NCBI RefSeq assembly: GCF_009914755.1 | Contig: NC_060926.1 | Length of the DNA stretch: 64,000 nt | Reading direction: 5' to 3' (one strand) | From: the human T2T-CHM13v2.0 reference genome, Homo sapiens | Shown: one piece after another, positions 14,291-35,320 of the stretch | How the letters are laid out: each line of letters opens with the position of its first letter | Numbering within the stretch: the first letter of the stretch is position 1 | Position numbers and translations under genes: made by a program | The notes under the pieces: model-generated | Told to the model about the DNA's origin: nothing | What the model saw: only the letters and a program-made list of their open reading frames with translations | The model's database searches: none

Positions 14291-15239
14291 TTCACAATGG
14301 AATTAGTATATACATTATAAATACTAGTTTGGAGAGAGATATATATATATATCCACAGTGGAACTTGGCCTGGTATATATATATCCGCAATGGAATTGGG
14401 TCTGGTTTCTGAGCTTTGGACTATTCATGAGCTTAAATTTACAGCAAAGGGTCAAATATCAGAAATTCTAAGTTGTCATATACTCCTGCTTCCTTACACC
14501 AAACTAAGCCAGTTTTGATGAAAAAAAAAATTGTGTGATATGGAGTATAGATAAAAGAGCAAACAGACTTCTTTTAATAACACGAGATTTAGGAATTAAA
14601 CATAGCAGGCAGAAGATCCTGTAGGAATTTCAAGTGATATTTTACGATGGTTCACTAAAGGATGTTTTAAGCCTTGGTTTACATAGCATGCTACTTTATA
14701 TAGCACTCTTTATTCTTGGGATCCCTGCAAGAGGAGATATTGTATTGATATAGATAATCATCTCTGCTTCCTTCCTATCTGGCCACGTGGGAAGGGAATA
14801 AACAAAAATAATATCTAGCTTATAGGAGAAGTAGGAAAGAAGTTTTAGAAGAGTATAAAGGCCAATATAAAAAAGAAATGTGAGGTAGTGAATATTTTGA
14901 GTAGGACAATCTTATATAATGGATCTCCTAAAAGATAAATACAAGTTGAAAATGTATCTGAATGTTTTAACAGAACTTTCTAAGAATTACTAATGTTATG
15001 GCCTTTTCAAGGAAATATCTACCACATTTTATAAAATACCCAAAGGTCTTATATTCATTTATCATTTACTCTTCTTTTAATTACATAATTAGTGGTTGTT
15101 CTATTCATTACACATTTATGAAGCATATGCCAGAGACTTTGGGCATTTAAAAGCTACAAAAAGACAGAATTCTTGCCCTTGGCTGCTTAACATTTGGTTG
15201 GAGGGGCCAGATATCTAATATGATTACAGGACAAAAGCA

Positions 15240-15475
15240 ATACAACAGCTCAAAAACAAATCCCAGCCTTCTCTGAACAAGGAGTTATAATGGTTTAGAG
15301 TTTGTTGTAACCAGATCACTTGCTCTCTAACTTTTTAAATGTTTGTTTCTACTTGAGAGGAAGTACTGATATATATACAGCAGGAGGAATTAGTAACAAA
15401 ACAAACACCATCTCGTCCTGCTAAAATATAGTCTAAAGCTATTCTGTTATTTAACACTACTTGTATTAATGAAAA
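15240..15475 (-). mobile_element. Endogenous retrovirus env transmembrane fragment (gamma-type ISD + CX6CC)
   Basis: LIQVVLNNRIALDYILAGRDGVCFVTNSSCCIYISTSSQVETNI*KVREQVIWLQQ: immunosuppressive-domain motif followed by CX6CC. Confidence 0.88.
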
Positions 15476-18400
15476 AAAAGGGTTTTTTTTTTTCCATTTA
15501 GTAAGACAGGTGCTATGAAGATATTGGCCATATGACGTTGAGGCCACAAGCTGGGGAGAGCTGAACTGCAACATTTCATAGAGTAAATAATTTGAAGTTC
15601 TTGGTTCAATCCAGAATAGAGTGGGTGAAGATAAAGAACAGAAGGAGAGAAGAGCCAGTGAGATAAAAGGGAGCTGGTGTTAGACTAAGGCCCCTATGAT
15701 GCTTACATGCCATCTTGAAATAGTTTGCATCCTTGTGACTCAAATTCTTCTTTCTCTCACTCTTCCCCAGGTGCTGTCTGTAGTATTTTACTCTTTTGAA
15801 GGATGCTTTATGCAGAGGAGTAGTTTGTTGTTGTTGTTATTATTGTTTGTGTGTGTAACTGTCAAAGAAGGAGCTGAGTTTTATATAATGGATCTTAAAG
15901 AGGGCACCTAAGGGAGCAGGAGGGAGAGGAGGCCCTGAGAACCTATGGCTCAGAGGAGCCCCCAGAAATGTTAGAGGATCATGACTATGAAATTTTATCC
16001 AGGTCTCAGAGGAAAGGAGGAGCAGCTGACATCCAGTTTATACAAATAAAGAAGATATGATCCACATTGATGGTGTGTATGCATGTGTGTGTGTGTGCGC
16101 ATGCATGTGGTGAGGAGGGAGGCTTAGAGAAGAGGCATTTTCATCTAAACCTTGGAGGAAATGGTGTTTTGGGATTGGCTGCAGGATGGCAGGTGGGCAA
16201 TAGAGAGAGGCCTAGCATGAATGAGAACATCTGCAGACACACACACACTCTCACACACAGTGTATAAATGAGAATATTTTGACTGCAGCTGGAGATTCAC
16301 TGTTTTAAGATCTCTTCTTTGCCTTGAAGGAATACATTTTTAATTCTTCTTCAATTTGCTGATGGTTCAATAAGAAATAAGGCCCGAGATCTGTGATATT
16401 CAAACTTGTTTTTAAGCAACAGAATCTTATCTTCAAACAAAATCTTATTCCAAACTGCAACATGTAAAACAGATCAACTCAGCTGCCCTGGTTAAGAGGT
16501 GAAGGTCTTGTCCTTTTGTACTCCCTCACACCCAACCCTCAGCATTCCTGGGGCTCTATGGAGCACAGCCCCAACACCACCACCCTAGAACCAGAAAAAT
16601 GAGACTGTCTCATTGGTCTCCTTTCTTGATTAAAATATGTTGATCTTGCCAGGAGAAATTCCATCCAGACGTTTGTGCCAGAAAATGAAAAATGTCCATG
16701 ATATCTAGTGCTGGCAAGGGAATGGGAAAATGGGCACACTCAGACACTCTTGGTGAGAGTATAAATTCATGCAGTCGTTTTGAAGACAATACATCAAAAT
16801 TTTAAATATATGAGTGATATGATCTTGTAGTTCCACTTCTAGGGACTGATGGCATAGACATACTTCTACAAAAAAGTATATGTACAAGCATATTCATTGT
16901 ATATGACTGTAAAATCAGAAACAAAAAGAAGAATGGTTAAATAGATTATGCTACCTCCTTATAATGGAATACTGTAGTCATTAAAATGGAAGAGATTCAT
17001 ATAGGGAGATAGAGAAGGATGTCTTTGATACACCATAAAGTGAAAATGCAAGTTACAAAGAATATAGTTAATATGATCCTTTTTTTAAAGCAAGCAAATA
17101 AAACCCAAATTCTATGGAAACTGTGTAAGTACTTTTAATTTCACAGAAAAAAACCCCTCTAGAAATAAATGGTCAGTCTCCGGGGGTAGGCTTTACTTCT
17201 GGAAAAGGGGAATAGAGGTATATAGGTAAAGGGGACATACACTTTTTACTCTATAGATATTTGTATTATTTGGATTTTTTACAAAGGACATACAATAACT
17301 TTATAATTTAAAAAGCAGTGATGAGAAAGATTAAAAATAGCATCATAAAATAATTTACTTGTTTTCAAAAATGGATAGGTTTCTTCTTTTCTGTCAGCAA
17401 AGTGCAAATAATGTACCCCGTTTCCCTTATTGCCTTGGCTGCCAGGAAATCCAGAGTCAACTTTGAAACCTGAACCTTGCAGTGGCATTGACCTTTAGAT
17501 CTACAATATTCACATTCCTTTTTTTTTTTTTTTTTGGTCCTACTTTTCTATTCCCAGTTAACCAACTTTTTTTCCAAAGCTTTCCAGGCTCTTTTTCCAG
17601 AAGAGATAGGTTATAGAGAAAGAAATGAACTCTGAACACTTTACTCTCAGCAGCCTACATTTCTCTGTGAGTACCAAACTCTCCAGGGTCAAGTGTGAGC
17701 TAAGTAGTCAAGGATTTACTATTTATACTTCATACTGTGGTTATTCTCACATAGGATTTGAGGTGCCTGAGGGCAAGAATCTGTGCTCTTGTAGCGATAG
17801 CAAACACTTGGCTCTACTTTTGGGTTTCACTTTGCCTATACTCCAAATTTAAGAGCTACAAAGACAGGCAGGAGCCTCATGTGACAAGTCTTATCTTCAC
17901 TCTGTAGATGGTAGGAAACCACTGAGGGTTTTTAATTAAAGGAGTAACTGGATCTGAATCATGTTTGAAAAAACAAAAACTGGCAGAGGAGAAAGTAGAC
18001 TGGCGCATGGAAAGGCAGAGATGCTCATTAAATACCTGTAAAGTGGTTGGATAATTGACGGTTAAATGACCAAGGTAATTTAAAAGTCTGCATTTATTGG
18101 AAGGGCGTGTGCAGCATTTGTCAGTACTACCCGGGTGGATCACTTGGTCTGAATATAGGCTAGTAAGGCCCATATCATAAGGCCGGTAAGATTCAAAAAA
18201 GGTAAAAAAAAAAACATCTAGTTTCGCAGACTGCAATCTTAAATACAGCAAGCCATTTCATAAAGGAGAGTGTAAACGGCTCAGAGCAGAAGACATATTG
18301 TGGTTTGAAAAGAAGTGAAGGCAGCAGCTTCCTAGGTAACTTGGCAGGTCGCATCTTTATTTATATAGACAGGGGCCAGTTCTCTTTGCTAAAAGTGATG

Positions 18401-18919
18401 AAGACACATCTGCCTCACCTCTGACGGAAATGTGGCACCAACAAAGGACACCAGCTTGGGGTCAGCCTGCTTCAGGCCCTGATTCTGTCACTTATTAACT
18501 ACATGACCTTGAACAACCCCTCAGAGCCAGTTTCTTCATTTGTAAATGGAGAGGCAAAGACACCCACTTCCGCGGGTGGGAGGGTAAAACAAAGAGAGCA
18601 TGTTAATCCTCAGGGACAAGCGTGACTTATTTTTTATCTTATTTAAAAAAAAAATAGACTTTGTAACCTCCCTTCCCCTCCCCACCCCCCATTTAAGAAT
18701 GCGGCTTTTGTTATTTATTAACTCAAATAGCCTGTGGGGGGTGTTTTGGGTCTTCCGCACACTGAACAGCTTGCAGAATTAATAGCTGGTCTGGTTCTCC
18801 CTTTAGATCTGGGGGTGGGGGTCAGGCACAGAGACGATAATCACCTGTCCTGGAACTCATACCTCGCAGGGAGTGGGGACATCCCCTTTATTGTCACTGC
18901 CCAGCCCAGCCCCTGACTC

Positions 18920-19800
18920 TTGCCGCGGTCCACAGCTCTGAACCTACCCCCAAAGCATTTGAGGTTGCAGGCCTGGTACCCCTCCCCGCTCCGCCCTGCT
19001 CACTCCTGGCCAGCCTTCCTGGGCTGTTGTTGAGGGTAATTCTTGTGCGCTCCGCGGGGGCGGGTCCCCATCCGCCGCTTCAGGCCTGCGGGCTCTGAGG
19101 GTCCTGCCCACTGCGGAGCAGGTGTTGCAGGAATCAGTGACTCAAAAAATGTCGCCAAGTTAATATTGATATTACGTATGGATTATATTTTAAATGCATA
19201 TGAATCAGGGACTTCATGGTTAAAACAAAGTCCATGTTAAACCTCCCTCCACAATGCCTAACAAATATGAGGGTTCTCAGCTCCTTGCTGTCCCTGAGCA
19301 GCCCTAGAAGCCCCTTGGCTGGGCGTGGCAAGATGGAGAAGGGAGAAATAATCCAGGTTCTAGTGAAAAATCTTGTCCTTGCGACTGGTAGGTACAGTCG
19401 CTGTCAACCCACAGTTCTCCCAAAAGGCGAGGTCCTTCCTTCGGCTCAGCCTGCTCCCTCTCTCCTCGCCTCCCCATCTCTAGGACGCGGGAGGTGGGAG
19501 CCACTGCGCTCCCGGAGACGCCGCCCGTGCCGTGTCAGGTTGTCCCCGAGTGCGCTTGCCGTGAGTTTCTGCCGCGTGACTCACCCGTGTCCCTCGCTCT
19601 CAGCCATCGGAACAGCAGAAGCGGGTCGGGGAGAGCGCGCTGCCCTGACACCTGCACCCCATCCCCACCTCCAACTCCATCTCCAGAATTTAGCCTTCGC
19701 GGAGCCCAGCGGCTCTAGCCAGTCTCTTTACTTGGCGGCAGGTGGTGTGGGGGTGCGAAGGAAGGGGAGATGCGGCGAAATCAAAGTACTTTTTGTAAAG
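18920..19800. promoter_or_regulatory. CpG island / likely promoter or enhancer with GC boxes and AP-1 (TGACTCA) sites
   Basis: Dense CpGs in an otherwise CpG-depleted window; GGGGCGGG at ~19057; TGACTCA at ~19138, 19577 and 19863; GTGAGT donors on both strands (19561 +, 19584 -). Confidence 0.75.
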
Positions 19801-20001
19801 TGTGGTTGTGTAAGTACATATACACACACGCATTTTTCTGGGGCGAGTGTCAAAAGGACCAGTGACTCAAAAATGTTAATAAATTAATATGAATATTATG
19901 TGTGAGTTCTATTTCAAATGCATTGAGATCAGGGACTTGATAGTTAAAATAAACATGCCCATCCCCCCACCAAAAAAAAAAAGTTCATTTAAACCTCTTT
20001 C

Positions 20002-20492
<491 letters not shown>

Positions 20493-21822
20493 TTATTGCT
20501 TTCACTAGCAGATTAGGAAAATGGGGAAGAATGTATATTTATAGGGTTCAACCACATGCCAGGCACATTGTACAGTATCGTTTTTCATCTCTGTATCTTC
20601 AATCCCTATTTCACATATGAAGAAATGGAGGCAAAAGAGATCAAATAACCTGCCCCAAGTCACAGTATTTGAATCTGGACCTCAAAACCCTTTGGAGCCA
20701 AAGTCAATACCTTTTTTATTCTGCCAAGAGTTCCCTGAGGGGAAAATTTTAATTACTTGTAAAATTCACATTTTAATACTAAAACATTTTTAAGCCCCTC
20801 CCCTTTAAAAAGGGTATGTACTGTCTCATAATTCATCAGTATATAGGAGATGGGATCTCGGTACTTCCACTTAAACCCTCTGGTCTCTGGTCTTGCCTCT
20901 TCTGGAGATGCCCCTCTTCAGTGGAGCCTGTTCCATGCCAAAGATATGAGACTTGAAGGGTTTTCTACCGCTGCAGGCTGCAGTGGTGGAAAGCAAAGCA
21001 GTTTGACATCTCACAGTACCAGATTAACCTCGTCTAGTGTATCCCCTTGCATGTATGCTTAAGTAGCATTATTAAAGGTCCCCTTCTGTCACTTTAGCCT
21101 TGACATATGCCAAGTCTCTGGAAGGGGATAGTGGTAAAACAAAATTTGTTTTTGTCAAGTATTTTTTGAAGGAGTGTATGGATATGAGAAAATGGATATA
21201 GTGGGAGAGGATGTCCTAACTTTAATCCAAACTCAGAAGCTGGAATTTAGATTTATGTGATGAACTGGTTACGTTGGGTATCTATCCTCATGTGGGAAAA
21301 GGGGGTCCTGAGGAAGCCTTTAAGAGATAACATATCTTGAATAAAGAGTGATGCAGGCAAACTTGATCCAGTAACAAAATTTGAGTGGCAGGAAGGGAGG
21401 AGAATGCACATCTTAGCATTTGCCACCAGGAGGGACTCCCCTGATGGTCAGTTTGGTTAATATCCAAGAATCTCAGAGAAGAGAGTCATGTCCACCTTGG
21501 GTAATAGCTGTCCTACACCAATCAACTCTGACCAAAATATAGGATCATGTAAGAACGTGTCAGCCGTGAGGTGGGCCATGCTGAGGGGCTTCTGGAGAAG
21601 AGGAGGAAGTGCTGAGCAGGCAATCTCATAGATGTTTCCCACATTAAGCCCCTAGCAGAAGTCATGCCTGGATCTGAAGGTTAGCTGTCATTGCCATGCC
21701 AATGCACTGACTTCATCATCAGCACATTTGAATAAGTATAAAAGAGGTACAGTTGATTCTAAAAAGGCTGTCTAAAAAAGTTAACAGCGTTCTCAGTTAA
21801 GATAGTGAATTGAAGGTATGTA

Positions 21823-22494
21823 CAGTAGTCCCCTCTTATCTGCAGTTTTGCTTTTTGTGGTTTTTGTTACCCCAGTTAACCGCAATTTGAAAATATTAAA
21901 TGGAACATTCCAGAAATAAACAATCATAAGTTTTAAATTGCATGCCTTTCTGAGCAGCATAATGAAATCTTGTGCCATTTCATTCTGTCCAGCATGGAAT
22001 GTGAATTATCTGTTTGCCCAGCATATCCATGCCATATATGCTACCTGCCTGTTAGTCCTCAACACCCTCTGCTCCTGACATCCAACCATCAACATCTTCA
22101 TGACTTAATGATCTAGAATCACCTGAAGCAGATGATTCTCCTTCCTACTGTCAGAAGGTCAATAGCAGCCTAATGCTACATCACAATGCCTACATCACTC
22201 ACCTCACTTCATCTCATCATGTAGGCTTTTTTTCATCTAGCATCAAAAGAAGGGTGACTACAGTACAATAAGATGTTTTGAGAGAGACATTCACATAACT
22301 TTTATAATAGTATATTATTGCAATTATTCTTAGATATTTCTATTAATCTCCTACCTAACATAAATTAAACTTTATCATAGGTATGTATGTATAGGAAAAA
22401 ATATAGTTCATATAGGGTTTAATACTATCTGCTGGTTTCAGGCATCCACCATGGCTCTTGGAACATATGTCCTACAGATAAGGGAGGACTACTG
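21823..22494. mobile_element. Tigger-derived non-autonomous DNA transposon (MER44-like)
   Basis: Terminal inverted repeats cagtagtcccctcttatc / gataagggaggactactg flanked by TA duplications. Confidence 0.88.
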
Positions 22495-22499
22495 TATCT

Positions 22500-24420
22500 A
22501 ATTTCACTTTCTTCTGACATAACTAAAACCACATTAAATAAATTTTTACAAAAGACAAACATACCAGTATAGGAAAGATGATAAGGAGCAACAAAATTTT
22601 GGAAGCTGGAAAGCAGATGGACAAGCCAAAAAAGCTGAGTCCTAAGCTGGCTTCAAACCACAGAATCTTCAAAAAGCTCAGTAATTGGCAGCATCAGGTA
22701 TACCTGTGACTTAAATAAGGAAGAAAAAACAACTTGAGAAGCAATTGGATTCCTAGCTGCCTATTTACTCTTTATGGTGCCAGGTGACTTCCTCCCCTGT
22801 CCCAGCAGAAGTCTGGAGTTTTTGTGTTTATAGGTATGGCTGACAGCAGGACTTCCTACTGAGGGGAAAAACGAGTTCATATATTCTGACTCCCCACCCC
22901 TTTTCTTTCACCTGTTTCTCAGTCAAGCCCTCATCTACCAGGCAGGAGATCAGAAAATTCTCTGGGGAATCTGACCAGAACAAGGCGGGGAAAAAAAAGC
23001 AAAGACACTCACTTCAGGGGTCTGCCAAGAAACTGTACATCTGGATTATCTTTAAGTTCAAAGTCAACAAGCCCTGCCCACTTGTCTAGTGCTTTTAATC
23101 AGCTTTTTTAGTGCAGAAAACCAAGGATTACTAGATGATATGGTTTGGCTGTGTCCCCACCCAAATCTTATGTTGAATTGTAATTCCCATAATCCCCACG
23201 TGTGGTGGAAGGGACCAGGTGGAGATAATTGAATCACAGGAGCAGTTTCTCCCATTCTGTTCTCATGATAATGTGTTAGTTCTCACGAGATCTGATGGTT
23301 TTATAAGGGGCTTCCCCCACTTCACTGGGCATTTATTCTTCTCCTTTCTGTCTCTGTGTTTGTTTCTCCTTCCGCCATGATTGTAAGTTTCCTGAGGCCT
23401 TTCCAGCCCTGCGGAACAGTGAGTCAATTAATCCTCTTTCCTTTATAAATTACCCGGTCTCGGCTATATCCTATAGCAGCAGAAGAATGGACTAATACAC
23501 CAGATATCTGAGGACAGTCCCCAGTGAAAAAGATAGAGACCTAAATAAGTACAAAAAAAAAAAAAAGCAACATGAAGCAATGGAGACTACGCAGGGAGAA
23601 GAAAACAAACAAGATTTCTCATATCCTCAGATAATAGACAAATGCTGCATACATGAAAGAAGAATAGGAATAGAATAGTATATAAAAGGTCATTTAGAGA
23701 ACAAAATGAGCTCTTAGAAATTAAAAAAAATTAAAAGACTAGGATGTAAGATTAAAAATTTTCTCAAAGTAGAAGGTTAAGGATTTTTCTCAAAAAGTAG
23801 AACGAAGAGTAGACAGAGGAGAGAAAGGGTAAGGAAATGAGAGGTCTGTTCTAGAAGGTTTATTATCCAAATTATAAGAGCTCCAGAAAACATAAATGGA
23901 GCAGAGAAAATTATCAATGAAATAATTCAATAAAATTTCTCAGAACTGATGAACATGAATTGCTAGAACAAAAGGGCCTGTATGGATGAAAACAGACCCT
24001 CACAAAGGCATGTTGTAAATTTTTAGAACTCTGGGGAAAAAAGAAAATTACGTAAGCTTCTAGAAAGGCATAAACAAGTCACACAAAGTTAAGAATCCAA
24101 ATAATTTCAGACTCTCAGCAATGTACTATAAACAAGACAAGGGAGCAATACCTTTAAAATACTGAAGGAAAATTATTTCAAAGCTAGAACTTTATACCCA
24201 GCCAAACCATCAATCAAACAGGGCTACCGAATTGTACAATTCCAGGGAGCAATATTCAGAATGCAGTGTTAAACAATAAAGTGGCTCACATTCAAGAATG
24301 AGGACAGAACAATGACATTTTCAGACATTTAAGCCTCAAAAACTTATTTCACATGCACCCTTTCTCAAACTACTGGGGAATGTGTTCCACCAAAAAAAGT
24401 AAACTAGGAAAGAGGGAGAC
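22500..24420 (+). mobile_element. Ancient L1M 5'/ORF1-like remnant interrupted by THE1
   Basis: A-rich degenerate ORF1-type motifs (gagctcttagaaattaaaa, tataccagccaaac-like). Confidence 0.6.
23136..23499 (+). mobile_element. MaLR solo LTR (THE1 family)
   Basis: tgatatggtttggctgtgtccccacccaaatct...gactaataca; imperfect TSD ctaga/ccaga. Confidence 0.92.
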
Positions 24421-24432
24421 ATGAGATATAGA

Positions 24433-24610
24433 CAGGGCTGTCTTTGTGGATATCACCCCATATACTCACACAGGATACTGCACATAGAAGGACCCCATAC
24501 TTGGTTTAATGCTCTGCTGTTGTCATCTTGAAATTCTTATAATTTTTTAACAAGGGACCCCAGGTTTTCATTTTGCACTGGGCCCCACAAATTGTGTGGT
24601 CTGATCTTGG
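24433..24610. mobile_element. MER91-like hAT MITE
   Basis: cagggctgtc...ttttcattttgcactgggccccacaaatt motif. Confidence 0.55.
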
Positions 24611-25489
24611 ATACAATAAGTACATGATCCATCCCAGGTGAAAGGCAAAAGGAATCCTCATAAGGACAGTGAAGAGAGATTCCAGGACAGCTATCAACAG
24701 ACAGAGGGCAACTGTTTCAGAGAGGAGCATGAGACTCAAGAGACAGACACGTTGGTGACCTTCATAGCCAAGTTTTCACTGCTATTTTACTCTCTTTTTC
24801 AACCCCAGGATAGAATGCTTGAGTGAGCTTGTCCAGATTCTTACTGTGTCATGACCTTTTGCTGAAAAAGCTCCAGCTCTCTATTCCATACCCTGCTGCT
24901 TGCATCAGTTGAGGACATTCATTGCATCTCACCAAAGATTGTGCTTAAACCTACATCTGAGAGCTGGAGGTGAGTTAGAAAATAGCATCCCCTACCCTCT
25001 GACTTTATTTCTGCCTGACTTCAATACCAGGCTCACCTGAGAACATTGCCAGGTGCTCAGACTGCATGGAGCCCTGTGTTTCCTAGGACTGGTGTATGAC
25101 CTTGGCCACTAACTTCCCCAGAAAGGGCTCCTGTAAATGCTTAAAGAAGCTGATGCCGAGAAATTCTGTTGCATTCATGCCTGAGGTTTCAACTAATAGA
25201 ACTTTGATATTTTTTTACACAGCTACTAAATTTTCAAAACTAAAGAATATATTGTTTAGGTATGTAAACATAGGTGGTGAAACCATAAAGCAGGGAATGA
25301 TTAACGTGAAAGTGCCAATTTTTAAAAAGTGCCAATTAATATTAGCCTCTGGATAACCATGGGTGGGAAGTGAACAGAGGAGAGGTTTTGGGGGCAGGTG
25401 CATGGGACTCGTTAATGTTTTATTCTTAAACTAGGTTAGGTAGTGAGTACGTGGGTATGGGGTTTTACAGTTTTTTGTTTTTTGGGTTC

Positions 25490-25817
<328 letters not shown>

Positions 25818-27376
25818 GTTTTGGGCTTTTAATTCTTCTTTAAATTGTACCTATATTTTAATAAACTCTTCTAAGGGCAGTGAAAAGTAAAATAATGAAT
25901 TTCAATGCCATTATCATAGGAAAAATTTCATCAACAGCCAATTTGGCCCTTGAGCCACATCAGTCTATATAGTCCTTTTATCATGGAATTTTGAATAAAA
26001 GACCTTAGACCAGCCAGTCCAAACTCCTTTTTATTTGTAACCATTATTATTTTAACTGGCTTTTGGTATATGCTCTTACTGTATAAGTTGCAATATAAAT
26101 TTATAAGTTCATGTTGTTTTAGATGTGTGGTGAGTTATTAGACTCTCCTTGTTTCCTGGTGGTGTTTCTGTATTTTTCCTTCATCTGAGTCCTTTAACTT
26201 TTCTAAAGGTATGCTCAAGACTTTCTTCATTGGCCTTGATAATTTCATTCCACTTAAATATGGGGGTGGGACTGTGGAGGTGGAGACTGAAGGAGCCAAC
26301 TCTGTCTTTTACCACCACAGTTCTCCTTCCTTTACTTCTCCCCCAGAATGTATTCATTTGGGTTTACTCAGTTCAATGCAAAGAGTTTGGGAGCCCAGGA
26401 TCTTTTTGCCAAATTGGATGTGAGCTGACTCACTGACATATTTCTCAAGTGACCCATTGGTTCAATGAGTAACATCCTGGAAGAAACATGAGTTATTGTT
26501 AATCATAATTATTCCTTCACCTTTCCTGGAATGCCTTTGAAGGCACCAGGCATCAGCAATATCTGTCATCAAAAGCTCTTTTGTCTGCAGTTTCTGTGAT
26601 TGCATTCAGCTTGTTCACAGCAGAGAGAGGTTTTTTTCCTAAGATGATGGCTTCCCTTCTCTCAAAGGTATCCAATATTTAGCCCGCCTGCAGAAAGGAA
26701 GTTGGCACAAGTTCTGAAGAGCCAATCAATTCCTTAGCTTGTTCTTCTTGAACAAGTGACCCTTTCTTGGTAGCTCTAGAATTTCACCACAATTGCAGAA
26801 GCTGAGTAACTTGTCAGCTGGTCATTTGTAACCAATAAACTGAAAAGATTATCCACCTTACATTTTGGGTAAATAGACAAAATTTGTAATTCTGGAATTG
26901 TGTCTTCAGGGCTGACTGTACTGTGGAATCACATCTGGACAAGATTTTGCTGTAGTTCTTGGCATTCCTGAACAGAATAAAAGCATGAAGGAATTAGAAA
27001 TCTAAGCCAGAACCCATGCCTATTAATGTAGTTGTCTTCGTGTTAAAATGAGTAAAACATAAACTGAAGCACTGAGGTAAGAGGAATATCAGTTGTAACT
27101 TCTTTTGGCTGCAAAGGACAGAAACTCTGTGTACAGGCTTAATAGGAAAGGGACTTATAGGGATGCAAGAGAGTCATAGAAGCCAAGGAGAGAAATGTGG
27201 TTTGCCCTCAAGATGAGGTTGGAACCAGGAATGAGAAGGACCCAGGGACTCTTTCTTAACTCTGCTCCCCTTTGTGCATGTACATCATCTTTATTCCTCT
27301 TTGTAAATCAACTTTTCTTTGCTTCTCAGTGCAACACAGCCACTCCTGTGTTTGTTTTGTTAGTCATGATAGTCTA

Positions 27377-27690
<314 letters not shown>

Positions 27691-29198
27691 ATCCTAAACC
27701 ATGAAGATGTTCTTCCTAACTCGTGTCACAATTTTCCATGGGCTGAGCAGCACTTCTCCATCCTATCACTATACCATTTGGAACATGTGGCCTCCGAGGT
27801 CACTGTGGCAGGGAAACAGAAAGTGAAAAGAGATGAGAAATATTTTCAACAGTTAGGCCTAAAATGATCTCATAATCACTTCTGTCTATTTCCCATTGGC
27901 CAGAACTTAGTCACATGGCCTCAACCTAACTGCAAGGAAAACTGGGAAATGAGATGAGCATTGGGAAGTTAGTGAGCACTAACAATCTCAGTCACATCTC
28001 CAATCAGCAGAAAACCCAGACCAATTAGTCCAAACTACTTGTTTCCTGAGGTTGTTTCTATGGGTTCAAACTCTGAATTCCTAGGGAAGAGACTCTTGCC
28101 CAGCCTTGCTCAGACTCCTGCCCAGCTCTGATCCAATCTGCTCTGTCTTAGAGGCAGGATCATGTTGAACAGAATATCTGCCAGGATCCCATCACTTTTA
28201 ACATATGGTTCAAATGTGGAAGAGAAGGACAGTACTCAGAAAGGGTAGGCTTCTCAGACAATCGTTAGTGTCCACTATCTAGAAGCATGTTTTATTTCTG
28301 GAGCCTCTGAGAATCAATCTTACACTATTTATGCTGTTTCTCAATAATGGTTTCTGGGTTTTAGGGAAAACCTTATTTTAAACATGCAAAAATTATAGTG
28401 AACCTATTTAGAAGAGTTAGGACTTACTGCTTTTCCCTCTAGAAAACGATTGACAAGACCTACCTTTGGAAATAAGGTACCTGACTTGTGAGGATGGTTA
28501 CCAGACACACAAATGTGGAAGCCGTTTTTCCTGATCTCAGTTGAGAGCTGCTACTAGAACACAAAGATGGCACTGGAGTCCTCCCAAATGGACACCCCCC
28601 TACTGTGGTAGTCATTAGGGTTTTTCCAAAGAGTCTCATTCTTTTCTCCTTCTGGATATAAGATTGCACACCTCTGTCTCCTTTGTAATTAGATGTGGGG
28701 ATATGACTTACTTTGGCCAATGAAATGGAAACAGAAGGGACATGTGTCACTGGTAGGCAGAGGCTTGAAGAGCCCCTTCATGATTCATCATACTTTCTTC
28801 TCCCTGCTTAGGTGATTGTAGAGGCGTATATTGATATGGAATAGCTCGGCCTGGATCTCCCTGCCTACTCATGCTGGACATCTAGCTTGAGCAAACAGTG
28901 AACTTTTCGTTGTGTTGAACCACTGAGACTGGGGCTGTTTGTTACTGTAGATAACCTGATCCATTCCAACCACTATATCATCATATGCAGCCATCCATAC
29001 CACAAGGGACCCCCACCAACATACACAACCATCTGTGGCAATCTTGCTCAATGTAGAGTGCCCTTCCTTCTCTACGCTATCCCTTGGAGGACCAGTTATA
29101 TGGTTTACACCAGCTTGGCAGTAATTGTCACACTTGAGTTCATTTGCATGGCCCCTTATTGCAAAAGCCATAGGAATGATAGGGCCATGGATATTTTA

Positions 29199-35320
<6,122 letters not shown>

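Noticed and set aside
14340-14405. Short tandem duplication (atatatatcc.ca.tggaa.t.gg.ctgg)x2
   Set aside because: Ordinary slippage next to microsatellites.
19216-19887. 223-aa + strand ORF over the CpG island
   Set aside because: Low-complexity Pro/Arg/Ala/Ser-rich translation typical of GC-rich DNA; no recognisable domain.
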